The notes under the pieces are model-generated. The model was not told the origin of the DNA, did not search any database, and saw only the letters and a list, made by a program, of their open reading frames with translations. 64,000 nt of DNA from Chara braunii (taxonomy: Eukaryota; Plantae; Charophyceae). Shown one piece after another: positions 1 through 14,126 of the stretch (positions are counted from its first letter, which is position 1; the number at the start of each line of letters is the position of its first letter). Where the stretch lies: contig BFEA01000022.1 of assembly GCA_003427395.1 (NCBI GenBank), positions 193,486 through 257,485 on the forward strand, read 5' to 3'. A program made the position numbers and the translations under genes.

Positions 1-87
<87 letters not shown>

Positions 88-537
88 GGAGAGAGAAAGC
101 CTCCTCCTCCTCCTCCTGCCGATCTTCTTCGTCGTCCTGCTCCTCGGCCCGTGGTACTGTCTGTCTGTCCAGTACCACAGGTGGAGGAGGAGGGGTAGGA
201 GGAGGAGGAGGAGGAGACAGACAGATAGACAGACATACATTACGACGGGCGGAGGACAGACAAACAGACAGACAGACGGACAGACAGACAGACAGACAAA
301 CAGACAGATAGACAGACATGAGGGGAAGGACAGACTGACAGACTGACTAACAGACTGACTGACTGACTGACTGACAGACAGACAAACAGACAGATAGAAA
401 GGAGGGGGAGGACAGACAGACAGACAGACAGACAGTACCACGGGAGGGGTAGGAGGAGGGGTAGGAGGAGGAGGAGGAGACAAACAGACAGACGGATAGA
501 CAGACAGACAGACAGACAGACAGTAGGACGGGCGGAG

Positions 538-573
<36 letters not shown>

Positions 574-780
574 GGAGGGGGAGGACAGACAGGAGGGGGA
601 GGACAGTCAGAAGAGGGAGGACAGACAAACTGACAAACTGACAGACAGAAAGGAGGGGGAGGACAGACAAACAGACAGACAGTACCACGGGAGGGGTAGG
701 AGGAGGGGTAGGAGGAGGAGGACGACGAAGATCACGATCGGGAGGAGGACGAAGATCACGATCGGGAGGAGGAGGAGGAG
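1..780. repeat. Compound microsatellite/low-complexity tract: (GT)n, (GA)n, (CCT)n/(GGA)n, (GACA)n, (GACT)n
   Basis: Directly visible. The ORFs here are repeat translations (VCVC, RERE, DRQT, LSVC). Confidence 0.97.
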
Positions 781-933
781 ATATGTGACTAAATAGTGAC
801 TGTATATACTGTATATACATTATATATATGTGTAAAAAAAAAAAAAAAAAAAAAACCAACAACGTGTACGCATATGCGGGTTTTTGGGCACGTACACGTA
901 CGCACCGCATACGTGTACGTGGTGCTACCCAGG

Positions 934-2465
934 ATTATTCTTATTTGAACCCACGTGGTCCTCGACACGAGTCCCTTCATCATCTCAATTTTATTTGGGT
1001 CTCCCTTGTCCCCAACAACACCGATTTTCTCCTCTCCTTGTGTCTCAAGTGTGCCAATTATTCTTGGGCGCGTGATCTTGATCTCGCTGTCCCCGTTCCC
1101 CGTCGCAATTTTTTATCCTCGTGCTTGAGGCTCTCTTTTGTAGTGCCATTCGGCCGTCAAGGCTCAATTTTTCATTGCCTTGACACTCCCTTGTAGTCCG
1201 TTACATCTCGGAGTGCAATGGTCACCCTTTTCCTAGTCTCATTCCCCCAACACTTGCCTCAAACTGAAACGAAAGGAAGTGGGACATCCCCATGCGCATC
1301 CGGACCCAATATTGGCTCCGAGTGTACTTGAAACATATGTTTGTTTTACTTTTTGTGATCCATTGCATCGTGGCCTACTTCCTTTTCGATTTATCTTAAC
1401 TTTCTCCCCAAAAATCAAGATACTTTGTAACCGTTTCATCCCACGATGAATTCGGCCACAAAATGTAACTAAAACATCTGTTTTCTTTTCTTCTAGGTAT
1501 CCGGTTTTGTCCGTTTTTGCCCCAGCAGCACCTAGACTTCATGCAGTCTAATAAAAGCACCTAGGCTTTTTTTGAGAAGGGGCAAGTTGACCATGATGTG
1601 GCGGCTTGCCCTTTTTCCACTCCCACACTCTCCTATTTCTCCCATTCTTCCTCTAGGGTCTTTTCTCCTCACCTTTGTCGACCATTTTATTTTGGAACCC
1701 AATAGAACCTCATTTTCTAGGTTCAACGTACCTGAGTCTTCCATATTTAAGGCCCTTGTGGTCCGTTGCATCCCTATTGAGTCCCTTCTAAATTTCCAGG
1801 CCTAGAACCCTCGAGATTGAGGTTCTCCCTCTCTTTTCCCGTCCTTTTAATTTTGATTCCCAAGGGCCGCTTATTTTTCAAATTGCCCGTGCCTGGGCAC
1901 TTGCTTGGATGGTTCCTACTAGTCATTTTTGTACCCTCTTTGCTTGGTCCATGGCCCTGGTGCTTTTTCTCATGTCGTAGTTCGGTGGCTCGCTTAACCA
2001 CTCACTATGATCTTATGTGTCAACGTCAAGGCACTATTTTCCTTGGCCTCGTTGGCCCTCTTCTTTCGGCGGTACTCAGCATCTGGGAATTATTTTTTTG
2101 GCGGTCCTCCTTCCTCAAGAAGGAGGAGCACCTTTACTAATTTTTTGTAACATTTTTTTGGCCTCAATTCCACGGTTTATTTCTGGTCCAAAGGTTTTAG
2201 CGTTTTCGGGCCTCTTCTTGGGTCCCTGGCGTCCACAATCAATCATACCTTAATCCTTCATTCTTTCTCTATTCCCTCCTCACTCTGGATTCCTCTCTCA
2301 TGCACATTCTAGCCATATATCATCTCTCAAGGGACGGGAATCCGGGACTTGATTCGAGAACCAAAGGTCCCAACACATTCCTCCCACTCGATGTAGCATC
2401 GTGTTCGTGTTGGAAGGCGAACACGAACATGTTCGCCCGAACGCGAACAAGCGCCCAAAACCCTC
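934..2465 (-). other. Unclassified degenerate sequence, probably transposon-derived
   Basis: Purine-rich minus strand with only short broken ORFs and no recognisable domain. It ends in CGAACA subrepeats and hairpins at 2401-2449, directly against the chromovirus fragment. Confidence 0.25.
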
Positions 2466-4866
2466 CGACCAGGGCCCTTCGAAGGCACCGCCCTCTCCTG
2501 CCAGATGCGCCATCGGGGAGAATGTCGTCTCTCGAGGTAGAGCGCTCATAACTCCTCACTGAAGAGAGGACACTCAAGGTTGGACTCCCTTCCTCACGGT
2601 AAGAAGAGATTGACAGGGAAGATAAGGTAAGGGAACAACGTTCCTGGAGATACCTGCCCCCAACCACAAATTTCTCAACAATTGAGCCAATGTGCATTTC
2701 GATGACCGGTCGTAGCTTCGAAACCACCCACAACGCAATGTAGTGCCGCCTCAGCGAAAATGCCACATCGGCATGCTTTCATCATCACACATACCTCCGA
2801 TGTCACCACAACTCGCACGCTTTCGTCACAACCTTCTTGTGACTCACCTCTCTATCCGGGTGTCGCACTATTAAGCCAGCGCCAATGTATCCTCAGTACA
2901 CAGAAGCGTTGTCAACACACCAAGTAACAATGTCGCCAGCGCCAGATTAAGCGATTTTTTTTTATTTTATTTTTTTAAGATAAGGCTCCAATCTTCGTGG
3001 GGAGCAGCACGTGCTAACAACCGGGCCTAGTGGCCCATAGGGAAATTTACATAGAATTTTGAAAGTTTGAGATACCGGGGCCATTACCCGACTTTGGCTA
3101 AAAAAAAATTGAGCGACTTAGAAAATTACTACTACAAACTTTAGAAAAAAGGTCTGGCCACAACAAAACACGCCACCACATAGGTCTTGCAAATGCTCAA
3201 AACCATGTGGATCCCTTGCAATCCTTCTAAAGCTCTCCAGCACTGACTTACTCCCGTCCCTGTCGAGCTCTTCCAGGCCTTGCACCCCCACCCTGCTGGG
3301 TTACAGGGCAACACGACTCACCCCAGCTCCGACCAACATCGTCCCAGCAGCAACCCTTGGTTGTCCCTTGGAATGCCCACCCCAAAGCATCCCCAGATCT
3401 CTCTACCAAGCCCCACACTCCTGCATCTGCATCAGCAGGTTACAGGGCAACACCCCAGCACCGGTCAGCATCGTTCTGACATCGAACAGCCGCAAATCAC
3501 TCGGTATATCAGCAATGGGCCTGTCTAAGATGAGTTGCTAGGAGCTCCCAGAATTTACAGCGTAGCGCGACCAAGCCCCAAGACCGATCAGCGTCGTTCT
3601 GGCCTCGTCCATTCGCAAACCATCAGGAGCAAGGACATCAGCAGATAGCAGTCAAACCCTAATCATCACCCTAGATGTAGTTCCGATCATCCAGTTCCTC
3701 CAGGCACTGGTTGCATTAACTGACACTATTCCTTTTCAACCCTACTCCGGCAAGACTTACCGTGGTAGAGTACCATCTCCACCGCCAATGTGCCCTATTT
3801 CCACCCTACAGGCTGACCCCTTCGCCGCAGAGCGCATTATTTCCAACCACCGCAGCCCACATAACCCACTGCAACCAGCACCAAACTTATGAAGATTCCC
3901 AATAGAAATTTCAAAGGCTTCATGAGACTCAGATGCACAAAAATGACCTTCGATCTCGAACCAGCTCCGATACCAAATTACATGGAATATGAACGTGAGC
4001 GATATACAGAAAACCAAGTTGCAAAATCACACAGAAGTCCAGATGGTCATATAACAAGCAGAGAGTTCAAATGCACCAAGATTCCATCCAAATAAGAACA
4101 ATATAATGAACTTGTGAGCCAACGTTCAAGCCCTCAGGCCACACCACCACAGTATTCAACGTCGCTCCTCTTGTCTGGCGCCCAGCGCCCCGCCTACTCT
4201 ACTCGTCCTACCTAGCCTATCTACGTTCATGCAATAGGCTCACTTCGACTTTGAAGACCAATATACATGACGTCAACACCAATGCCGACCTCCCACATAC
4301 ACCAGGTACGTACTCTCAACTCCCCTCATCATCCCCTGTCCCCCACACCTCATGCGCTTCCTACCCGAAGACCACCTTCGCCTCCTACTGCCCTCGCGCC
4401 CTACAACGCCCCTCACCACTCAACGCTTGCACGCACCCCAGCCAGCATCAGCGCAAGCAGAGGCTTGCACGCTATCGCAGCAGCGTGTCCTCATTGACTG
4501 CCTAGGCCAGACTGCCCAAGACTGGCAGGCCTCCTCCTTATATGGAAGATGTGTTGCTGCTGGTTTGTCTGGGCCTGGCTGTGGAAGCTTCCAGTAGCTT
4601 CTGGTCGGGCCCCAGTATCTGCGCCCAGGCGCATCTCTGTAGTTGAGGGCCTGGGCCCTTTACGGTTCGGCACACCCAAAATTATCCAGGCTCCGAATGT
4701 TTGTTGTGCTTGTACTGGCCCGTGGGCAGATGTGACGACAATGCTGCATTCTCATTGACCCGTAGCCACTTCGTCATGTATCGGCCTCACGCTGCGTGCA
4801 CCAGTGGTTAACGGGGTAAGTTGTTTTCACTGCTGAAATCAGTTTTTTTTCACCAAAATTTTCATG
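2466..4866 (-). mobile_element. Chromovirus fragment (part of 5' LTR, PBS and 5' UTR), same family as 24190-34714
   Basis: Colinear high similarity to ~31674-34422. The LTR/PBS junction is at 3975-3979. Truncated at both ends. Confidence 0.9.
3958..3975 (-). promoter_or_regulatory. Primer-binding site, tRNA-iMet type
   Basis: Minus strand reads TGGTATCGGAGCTGGTTC, 3 nt after the LTR end. It resembles the canonical TGGTATCAGAGC. Confidence 0.8.
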
Positions 4867-4869
4867 CGC

Positions 4870-7060
4870 GCCCGGACTCGAGCAACACAATCACGAGTTC
4901 AAAGGCACTTGGAACAACTATCTAAGTGTCGCTGCCCACCGAATAGATGAGCGTGTTAGGGTTTATGCACAGCAATTGGAAGGCATATTCACCTCCAAGT
5001 CAATAGACCACTGTCACTGCAGTCAGACAGGGTGGCAGTGGTGGGGATGGAGATGGTGGAGATGACGTTCGCGAAGGTCCAAAGAAGGAGGGGGACAGAA
5101 AGGGAGATCCCAATCAACTGAGAGGGGGAGAAAGGAGAGAGAAGATGAAGGTGAAGTTTCCCTGAACATATAACAGGAAGTAGGATGAGAACTTTTACCA
5201 GTGGGAGGCGCATATGGGCACGTATTTGTACGCACAGTCGATTCCGTATTGGAACCGTGTCTTGATTACGAGCTCATGCCTCGGTGGGAATGCCGCCAAT
5301 TTTGACATTTCCCTGATGAAGGAGGTAGGTTGTGCCTCCATGGTGGAATACTCTAAGCGCATTCGTATAGAAGATTTCTTCAAGGCCCTGAAGGAGAGGT
5401 TCGAAGACAAGAACCTGGTCCGACGCACTGAACACCTGATCCTTAACATTAGTGATAGAAAATGGAAAAGTGTCGCTGCGTTGAAATCCACCATGAATGA
5501 GCTTTTGTAATCTCCCGATCACGGTCTAACCCCTACTCATATTTTGAACAACTTCGCGAGAGCGATGCCTAATCCCCTGAGGACCACTTTGTACCCCCGT
5601 ACAAAGGAGGACGACATGACTTACGAGAAATTTAGTACGATTGTCATAGATCAAGCCGGCTTCCTGATGGAGGCCAACTACTATCATTATTGGAAAGACT
5701 CACAAAAAGGAGGGCAATGGAAAAATAAAACTATCGCAAGCAGTATAGAAGAGAAGGACAGTCTTCTAGTCGCATTTCATGGATGTGGAGTCGAGGCACT
5801 ACCCTACGAAAACATAGATTACGAACTGGAAGAACCTAACAGCAACCAAGTAGCCTAGGGAGGGGACTATTCGGTTGTTGCAACCCACGGGGGAGGGTGA
5901 CAAGGAGGAAGAGGAGGTCAAGGAAGAGGTGGAGCAAGAGGACATAGCACCAGGGAGTAGTAGCGAAGGTATCCATTACACGGGAGGTAAGGGTTATGGT
6001 TCCCCGCAAGGCGGACGCGGTTCCTCCTCCACAGGTGGAAGAGATAGAGGGCGAAGACCATGGCCAACACATCTAGGGATTGCGGACGGAGAGCCATGGA
6101 AAGAGATGGACATAGAGAAAGCATTGTGGGAGCAAAGGCTAAGGTCAACCAGTGCCTGAAATGTGGTGATCCCAACCACATTCTCTGCGTTTGCCCTGAC
6201 TACCGCTACCCACTGGGCCTTCAAACACAGACAGACAAATAAAAGTGCACCCTAAACAGACACCCTCCTATCTAAGGGCCCCTATGACAAAGACTAATGT
6301 AGGCCCCCACCCAGTTAGTTTTCCAGAAACCGCTTATGCTAGGATCTCTCTAGGTGGTTCCCTCGCAGGCATTGGTGATAAGTTGATCACTCGTTGCCAA
6401 GCTTGGGCCGAAATGAAGAAGACGAGTAAAGGGCAACTAATTTTAGCAGATGCAGAAATTAGTAGAGAGCGAGTAACGAGTTAGTTGATAGTGGTTCTAC
6501 ACGTAGCTACATTAGCCGAAGGGGATTGCAGAAGATGCACCTCGGCATGAAATTTACGAAACTGGACGAGCCTGTCGTGAGCAGGTCGACAGATAATCGC
6601 GAAATGAGAGTCGAAGAGTACGTTGAAGGGTAAAGGCATACTTCTGGTTGGAAGGGAGCAACAAGGTAGAGAAAGTTTTGCACTCCCTTACTCTCTCAGT
6701 CGAGGACAGCCAACCTTTCGACTTGATCCTCTGGACAAATTGGTGAAAGGCCGCGAGGGCTGACGTGAAGATGGGCGAGCGTGAATGCTGGTTATCCTGC
6801 CCTAAAGGAGGCAAAAAGAAAACACAGTTGTTTCATGAGTCTGGAGTAGTATCCGGTTCGTCCCTTTGCCGTATGGGTGCCCATGCACTTTTCAGGCACG
6901 TGGTCAAAGCCGAGTTGGTTGACGAAGTCTTCGTAGCATATGTTAGACCGGTGAGTGAGGAAAAGAAGGAGCACCACCCGCAGTTAAAAACTGCTGAAAG
7001 AGATCGTTGATGTGGGAGAGACCCCAACAGGAGTAGTGGAAAGGGAAATTTATCATCCAC
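4870..7060 (+). pseudogene. Decayed Ty3/gypsy gag and pre-RT pol remnant
   Basis: Gag-like ORF pieces at 5214-5858 and a CCHC zinc knuckle CLKCGDPNHILCVC in 6060-6242. The segments 'EVFVAYVRPVSEE' and 'PTGVVER' resemble the pre-RT region of the other chromoviruses here. Confidence 0.75.
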
Positions 7061-7106
7061 ACCTTTCTAGGACCTAACTACCAACCCTTTCTACATTCAT
7101 AGGGTC

Positions 7107-8430
7107 CTACCAAAAAAATGGGTTAAGATTGTACGTCTCACCTCTTCTCTTGCCACAAATTTTTTCAGCCTCGTTTCTTGAAACCCAATCCTTCCATTCC
7201 ATTTCATCCAGCTCTTCAATTTGATACGCGTCAAAATCCCCGCATCGCACAATCCTGTAGGGTCGTAACCACATTTTGTTATATAGCAGCACTACATCCC
7301 CGACTTTCAATGGTACCTTTCGTACGCGGGCCAACTGGTTTCAACGAGCCTTATCATCCATGCGGCTCTTCTCCACTTGAGATTGGATGCGTCTTGAATC
7401 CTCTCCTCAATCGCACCCACCTATCGCGCTCAAATATCGAGCAACTCCTCAAAGGACAGGTTGGTTTCCAAGTCTTGGCGTCTCCAAGTTTTCAGGAAGC
7501 TCTCGATTGGGAAAGTAGCATGCCTTCCGTACCATTGTGTGGCTGGCGCATACTTAGTGGTCCTTTTTACCGTAATGTTCTCGACAAAAAATGCCGCCCT
7601 CAGGTACCTTGGCCACTGATTAGGCCTTCTTTCAGTCCACTTAGCTAGGAGGTTCATGATGGCACTATGCCCCCTCTTAACCAGAACATTTGCCTGAGGA
7701 TGTGTCGCCGTGGTATAATTGGCTACCACGCCGCATCCTGACAATAATGTTTGCACCTCTTGACAAGTAAACTGTGATCCTCTATTCATCACGAATTCCT
7801 TGACGAAGGGATAACGCAAGTATTACTCCTCGATGCAGCTTACCAACACTGAGCCGGCCTTTGTACGAATGGCATGACCATCTACAAAGCCAGAAAGGTT
7901 GTCTCGCGCATCGAAGATGTAGTTGTAGCCATGATCCAATCGGCATAAATAATAAGTCGAGATGTACTACGACACCCACTTCCCTTTCTATCCTTGGATG
8001 CAATGACTCTCCTGGCCTTTGAGGAACCCTTTCTTGACAAGGTATACAAAAACGGTAGAACTTGCTGATCATCTTCATCATCCCGTCCCAATAGTATAGC
8101 TCGCTTATTTTGGCATACGTGGCACCAACTCCTCAACGCCCTCCTGCAATGTCGTCATGTAGAGCAGCTATAACATCGATATAACAGTTTCACATCTCGA
8201 CGACACCCACTTCCTTTTCTATCCTTGGATGCAATGACTCTCCTGGCCTCTTAGGAACCCTTTCTTGACAAGGTATACAGGAATGGTGGAACTTGTTGAT
8301 CATCTTCATCATCCTGTCCCAATAGTATAGCTCGCTTATTTTGGCATACGTGGCACCAACTCCTCGATGCCCTCGTGCAATGCCGTCATGTAGAGCGGCT
8401 ATAACATCGATCTAACGGTTCCTCCGCATA
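7107..8430 (-). pseudogene. Integrase (HHCC zinc finger, core, GPY/F-like tail), frameshifted
   Basis: H...GH...C-x2-C ('FCIPCQERVP'), 'VVHLDLLFMP', 'MNRGSQF', 'HPQANVLVKRGH', 'LKVGDVVLLYN...RPYRI'. Confidence 0.88.
7969..8411. repeat. ~231-bp tandem duplication covering the integrase HHCC region
   Basis: Two copies start ACGACACCCACTTCC at ~7969 and ~8200, and both end ATAACATCGAT. Confidence 0.9.
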
Positions 8431-10420
8431 CAAACCTTCTGGAACACCCTACTTGCCTCTTTACAAAAAGATGACCATCTCTCACTAGGTAGAGATGCCT
8501 CATCTTTTCAGCCATTTCGCTAGCATCCCTATCCCGCATCTCACACGATAAGAGAAGTCCCAACTTCAGGTAGATCCCATCATATTCCTTTGCACGGAAT
8601 GCCTCTTTGATCTCCCCTTCCTCAAACTCGTCATCCTGACTTTCTGCCCCAATATCTTCATTCTCAACCGGATTCAATGAGCCTGCTTGATCGAAATTCC
8701 CCTGCAGGACAGTATTGACGAGAAGGTACATTCCCCCCATCAAATCCTCGTGCTTCTCTACTTGGTCCGACCCTTCTTCTATCATTCTCACCTCCTCTAC
8801 CGGACTATGCGTGCCTGCCAGTGCCAACTTCATCATCCACTGGACATCTTTGCCGCCCCATGGGTCCTCTTTCTCAAAAACCTTGAACACAAGCTTTGTC
8901 TTCTGCTTATATCCCTTCGGTGCAAGCCAGATGGGATGACCAACGCAATTCGGTACTCGCAAGGACCACCTGTTAATATGAACGCGAACGTCTTCCTCTT
9001 GATCCAAGAAGCTATCAGTCGGGGGCGTATCCTTTACTGCCTCTCCCTTGTTCTTTTCCCAGTTGATGCGACTCAGCCCATCTGCCCTATTCTTATTACC
9101 TGGAATCCGTTCCAGTTCGAAATTAAACATCCAGATGTACGTTAGTCATCCGACGATCGTTGGATCTGGTATAACGTAATTTCTCAGCGAATAAGCGAGC
9201 GCAGTTGGGTCTACCCTCCATATAAACCTTCTGCCAAATATATAATTTCGAAAAATTCTTAGGCAGTGAAGGACAACGAGAGTCTCCCTCTTAAATTGAG
9301 AATAATTTCTCTCGTTCGTACAAAGAGTTCGAATCTCGAACCTTAGTGGTCTTTCCTTTCCCTCGATATCTACCCTTAAGGCCTCACCTCAGTGGCCTCA
9401 TAGTCCGGTGCTCCCAATACCAACCCTCCTCGAAACTCCTCCTTCATCCCTGCCACAACCTTTTCCTGCTCTTCAACCTAGACTCATTCCTGATCCTGAC
9501 GTACAAGCTTCCTTAAATGTTCATTCTTGACAGCAAAATTCTTGATGAAGGTTCTCCAAAACCCACACATGTCGAGGAAGCTCCTAACATCTGTTATCGA
9601 GTGGAATGATACTGGCCATTCAAGAATTTTATTCGTCTTCTTTACATCTGGTCAACGGTCACTCTCGCTACAGACGAACCCCAGGATGGTAGCCTCCCTC
9701 ATGCAGTGTCTGGACTTGGCACCACTTGTCGTAAGGTTGTGCTCTTCAAGCAAACTCGAGACTTATCAAGATCCTGAACATGCTTCCAGACAAAACGCCT
9801 TACTCCCGGCAAGACCTCGTCACTCTACTTCTCTTTCGGCTCTTTACCGCCAAGTCGTCAATATATGACTGAGTGATATGCGGGCTGACTGACTACATGG
9901 CTCGAATCATATGTCGTTGAACCATTGCCACCGCATTAGTCCATCCTTGCGGAGCCACATTCATGTGAATCAGTCCTCGGGGCGTATGCATCGCTGTCAC
10001 TGGCCTGTCTGGCGGATGGACCAGAAACTGGTCATATCCAGAATAGAGGTTTATAAGCGAAACTATAGGTCTCCCAACACATGATTCAGAAAGTGCGTCA
10101 ACGTTTGGCAAGCCCCCGCATCTCGCACAGTCACAGCGTTCAATCGCTGCAAGTCATGCACCCACCGCAACGTCCCATTAGGTTTGACAAAGCAAAACCA
10201 TGGAGACGCATATGGACCACTCGAGTAATTGGCGACATGCATGTGTATCTTGCCGTCGAGATAGTCCAACACCTTTTTCTCCTCGTTAGGATTAGGATAC
10301 CATGCCCGTCTTAAATTTTACGGCTCATGTGGCACAGTATGGATTCGGATCATAAGAATCTTATCTTCGTCCAATTTCTTGCGTTGATCGTCATCGAAGG
10401 CATAAGCATGATACCTCTTC
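8431..10420 (-). pseudogene. Reverse transcriptase, RNase H and linker, disrupted
   Basis: 'GPYASPWFCFVKPNGTLRWVHDLQRLNAVT', 'LINLYSGYDQ', 'MNVAPQGWTNA', and the RNase H end 'RIPGNKNRADGLSR'. Confidence 0.88.
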
Positions 10421-10624
10421 TTTATTAGCTCATTATCAGCACCCTCTCCTGGGGCAGCAGGAAATCAGGCCCTCCCACTATTAACTTCTCCTCGTTTCCT
10501 TCATTGATACGACACGGCCCAACTGCCGCTTGCTCCCTCATTCGCCGTATCAATCCTCGTTCTCGCTCGTAATAAACCTCCTCATCTTTTGTGACGAGAA
10601 CGGGAACTGGACGACATTTTTCGT

Positions 10625-11562
10625 CTATCGTCTTGAACCGCCTTTGGGAACCTTGCTTAAGCCGTCCCCTAAAAAAGGCCGGCTCACCGCTTGCGCCTGC
10701 ATCATTGCAGGGTCCCTCCTTCCGCCCGAAAGCCGATAGACCAGTTCTACTTCCCCAGCCTCTGGACATTCCAGGACATGCTCCCTCAGTGCCTGAATGG
10801 CGTCTGGATCCGCCATCTCGTGTGTGGCCACTACATCCATGACCTTGTTCACATCAGATACACTGAGGGAAAACAATTCCTCCTGTGCCTCCTCTTCTAG
10901 TTCTTCACGAAGCCTCCGACGCTCATCCTCTGACTCTTCGATCGTGAATGAACCAGGGTTGAGCCGGTTCCTTATGCTTCGCGGGTCTGTGTTCCGGGAA
11001 GTAATCACCTCATAGTTCCCGCATGTCGGGTCACACAGGATCAGGATCAGAGTTCCGTCGTGTTTGTTGAATATCAACGTCTCTGTCCTCCCTAGGAGGA
11101 TGGCATAATCCACGTCTGGCATGACGAAGAAGCAAGCTCTGGCCTTTACCTTCCCAATCTCGATAAGCACGTTTGACGCCGTTCCACAAAATACGGCCTT
11201 GCAATTGGCCCCATGCAGAATGCCGCAATCCAAGCGGTCTATATCTCCAACCCAAACCTGAGTGCATCAGCTTCTTTGATGATGTTAATCTCCGCCGCTG
11301 TATTCACCATCGTTGCGCACTTCCATCCCTTCACCACCAGATTCACCATTCCGCAGGCCACACACTTCCAGTCCATCTTCGTCCTAGTTTCTACCCATTC
11401 TGCCTCCTTTGGCAAAATCACACTTAGATGGACATTTGGCACTAAGCGTCGAGAAAACCTTCCCTTTAGCTCGTTACGGAGCTTGGGAGCAGATGCCAAA
11501 ATCTCCTTCAAGGTCATAAGGTCATTATGACCTTCGAGCAACCTGTCAATTACTTTCTCCAC
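10625..11562 (-). pseudogene. Aspartic protease region, disrupted
   Basis: 'TMVNTAAEINII' (degenerate D-T/S-G-A motif) and 'YAILLGR'. Confidence 0.75.
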
Positions 11563-11576
11563 GTCAAACCCTTCCT

Positions 11577-14126
11577 CTAACCGGACCGCATACTTCTTTT
11601 TCTTTGGTGCCGCATCGCGCAGAATCGGTTCGGCTTCCCCCTGGGCTCCCCTCTTCTTGGCCCTTTGCTCCGCCCTTCGTTCCTCCTCTTAACGCAGCCT
11701 ATCATCTTGCTCTTCTTCATCATCGTCCTTCTCCACTTCCACGACCGCTTTCCTTCGTTCTTGCACTGGCTCCCTCCGTGGGGGTTCTCGGCTGACACTT
11801 GCCTTACTCAGGCCCCTTGTTTTCGCAGCTTGCGCCATTCTCCCTTGCGCAGTAGCGGGCCTGAAGGTCATTCCAGACTGAGGCCCTGATCCCACAGTGG
11901 CTACTCCAGGGTAGCCTTGCCGTCCAGGTACTGACTGGATCGAACTCGTAGAGGAAGACTTTGAGGATGCTGACCCTCCATTCCCTCACTTCTTCGCATA
12001 TACCTACCAGCTTCCGCTGATATTGACCCATTTTCTCCCACAAATCCTCCATCTTTCCCAGAATGATCGACGTCGATTCCACCTTCTCATCCTCACCCTC
12101 TCCATCTGACTCAACAACTATAGGCTCTTCCTTTATACTTTCTGTCTGTAGCCTCTGAGTCACCTCTTCATCACTTTTCACCTCTTCCACCCTTATTGGT
12201 GGGTCATCCCTTTCTGGCCACAACATGAACGTGGCTGGTGGCGCTTGTCGTGCAACTATCCTTCTCTGAGCCTCCGCCCTTACTCCGCCTGCAACCTTTC
12301 GGTCAATATACTCTCCGTACTGATCGTATATATCACCGTCCATATTGGAATAAATCAGTCCAACCTTTTCATCTTCTCGTCTTGTACTGCAGAACCATAT
12401 TGTATGACCTTGCCTATCACAATGTTGGCAAATAGCGGTCGTCCAGTCAAAACGAGGCCTTCCATATCCTTGACCTCCCTGATTCCCTTGACTCTCTTGG
12501 CCTTCGTAGCCTTGGCTGTCCCATTCTCCACCTCGGCCACCGCCATTCCTGCCTCGTTCTCTTCCGCCGCCGCTTCCTCCATTCCCTTGGTTGCTCTGAC
12601 CTTGATTTCCTCCCCTTGCCACGCTACCTTGTGAACTTGGGGCGGGCGATGGAGGTGGTGCCATGGGCTGGGCCTGCGCTGCAGGATAGCTCGGCGGCGG
12701 CATACTCGCTTGGGGCCCTGCGTATGGTACCATCTGGCTAGACGGAGCTGGACCTTCCCATGGCACAAAGGTGTTAAACACAGGCCATGGCCACTGCCCA
12801 TATGGTGGTACCGCCGCTTGCGAGGGTCCCACGCTACTTGATGGAGCTGACGCACTCGGCGAGGCTACTGCTAATTCTTGGGGCGTCTGACCCTTTCCTG
12901 AGCCTTGCCCTCCCCGTGTAAGATTGCGCTGCTTGCGCAGCGCCTTTGAAAGGTGTTGGGGCACTGACTCTTCTTCTTCCCATTCCTCCTGAATGTCCTC
13001 CTCTACCACTAGATCCTTCCCCCTCCCTTGGTTCGTTGTTACCACTTTCTTTTGTACCACGACGTCTTTCCCATCATACTCGCTTGGGGCCCTGCGTATG
13101 GTACCATCTGGTTGGATGGAGCTGGACCTCCCCATAGCATGAAGGTGTTAAACATAGGTCATGGCCACTGCCCATATGGTGGTACTGCCGCTTGCGAGGG
13201 TCCCGCGCTACTTGATGGAGCCGGCGCACTCGGCGAGGCTACTGCCAATGCTTGGGGCGCCTGCCCCTTTCCGGAGCCTTGCCCTCCCTGTGTTAAATTG
13301 CGCTGCTTGCGCAGTGCCTTTGAAAAGTGTTGAGGCACTGACTCTTCTTTTTCCCATTCCTCCTGAATGTCCTCCTTTACCACTGGATCCTTCCCCTTCC
13401 CTTGGATCGTTGTTACTACTTTATTTTGTACCACGGCGTCTTTCCCATACCCCAACTTAGCGAGTACATCTGTTACGATCCTTTTCACCCCCGGGGTCCC
13501 TGAGGAGGTCGCATCTCACTCTTTTCTTTTTCGTCGTTGTTAGCGCATTTGGTACTGCTCCACCTGGTCCAAACTCCCTTCTTCTACCCCCTTGTCGATG
13601 GTGGTCCAGATGAGCTTTGCGCTTCCTCCTCCGTGACTTGTCAATTCCGAGGCTTCTGAGGCAGTTAACAGCCTCTGGAAGATAGCACATTGTGCTTCTT
13701 CCGAAATTTCGGGGACCTTCCTTGCATTTTTCTTAAGCTCTTGAACAAAAGTCCCGATTGTCGTGAATCCCTATTCATTGCCTCTAAATCTACAGTGGTC
13801 AGGAGGCCATCACCTAGCCTATACTTTCTCTGCATTCCATCCTTGAATCTCGCCTAGCTGTCGTCGGCTGCATTTATCACCTTCTCTACCTCCTGGTGAT
13901 GCCCATGGAGTACATATTTCAAAATGCGTTGGAATTTCACTGCATCCAATAGCCCCATCAATGCCTGTTCCACCAACTCCAACCATTCTGAAACTCGCTC
14001 ACCATTGAAATGGAAGGTGTTGACTTTTGGGACATTGCTTTGTAACCTCTCTCGTCTGTCGAGGGCTTCGACCAAATCATCAATTGTCAGGACCTTTCCG
14101 ACCCCAGCAACTATGCCGCCTGACAT
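11577..14126 (-). pseudogene. gag, disrupted, with zinc knuckle
   Basis: N-terminal 'FHFNGERVSEWLELVEQ', a Pro/Gly-rich region, and CQHCDRQGHTIWFC. Confidence 0.85.
12701..13449. repeat. ~374-bp tandem duplication within gag
   Basis: Copies start CATACTCGCTTGGGGCCCTGCG at 12701 and 13075. ORFs 11804-13135 and 13159-13488 give near-identical peptides. Confidence 0.92.

Noticed and set aside
1-910. Long ORFs over simple repeats, also at 23536-24118, 40895-41888 and 44785-45096
   Set aside because: Stop-free microsatellite or N-run artefacts.
889-933. Helitron 3' end
   Set aside because: The hairpin is not followed by a CTRR terminus, and there is no Rep/helicase remnant.
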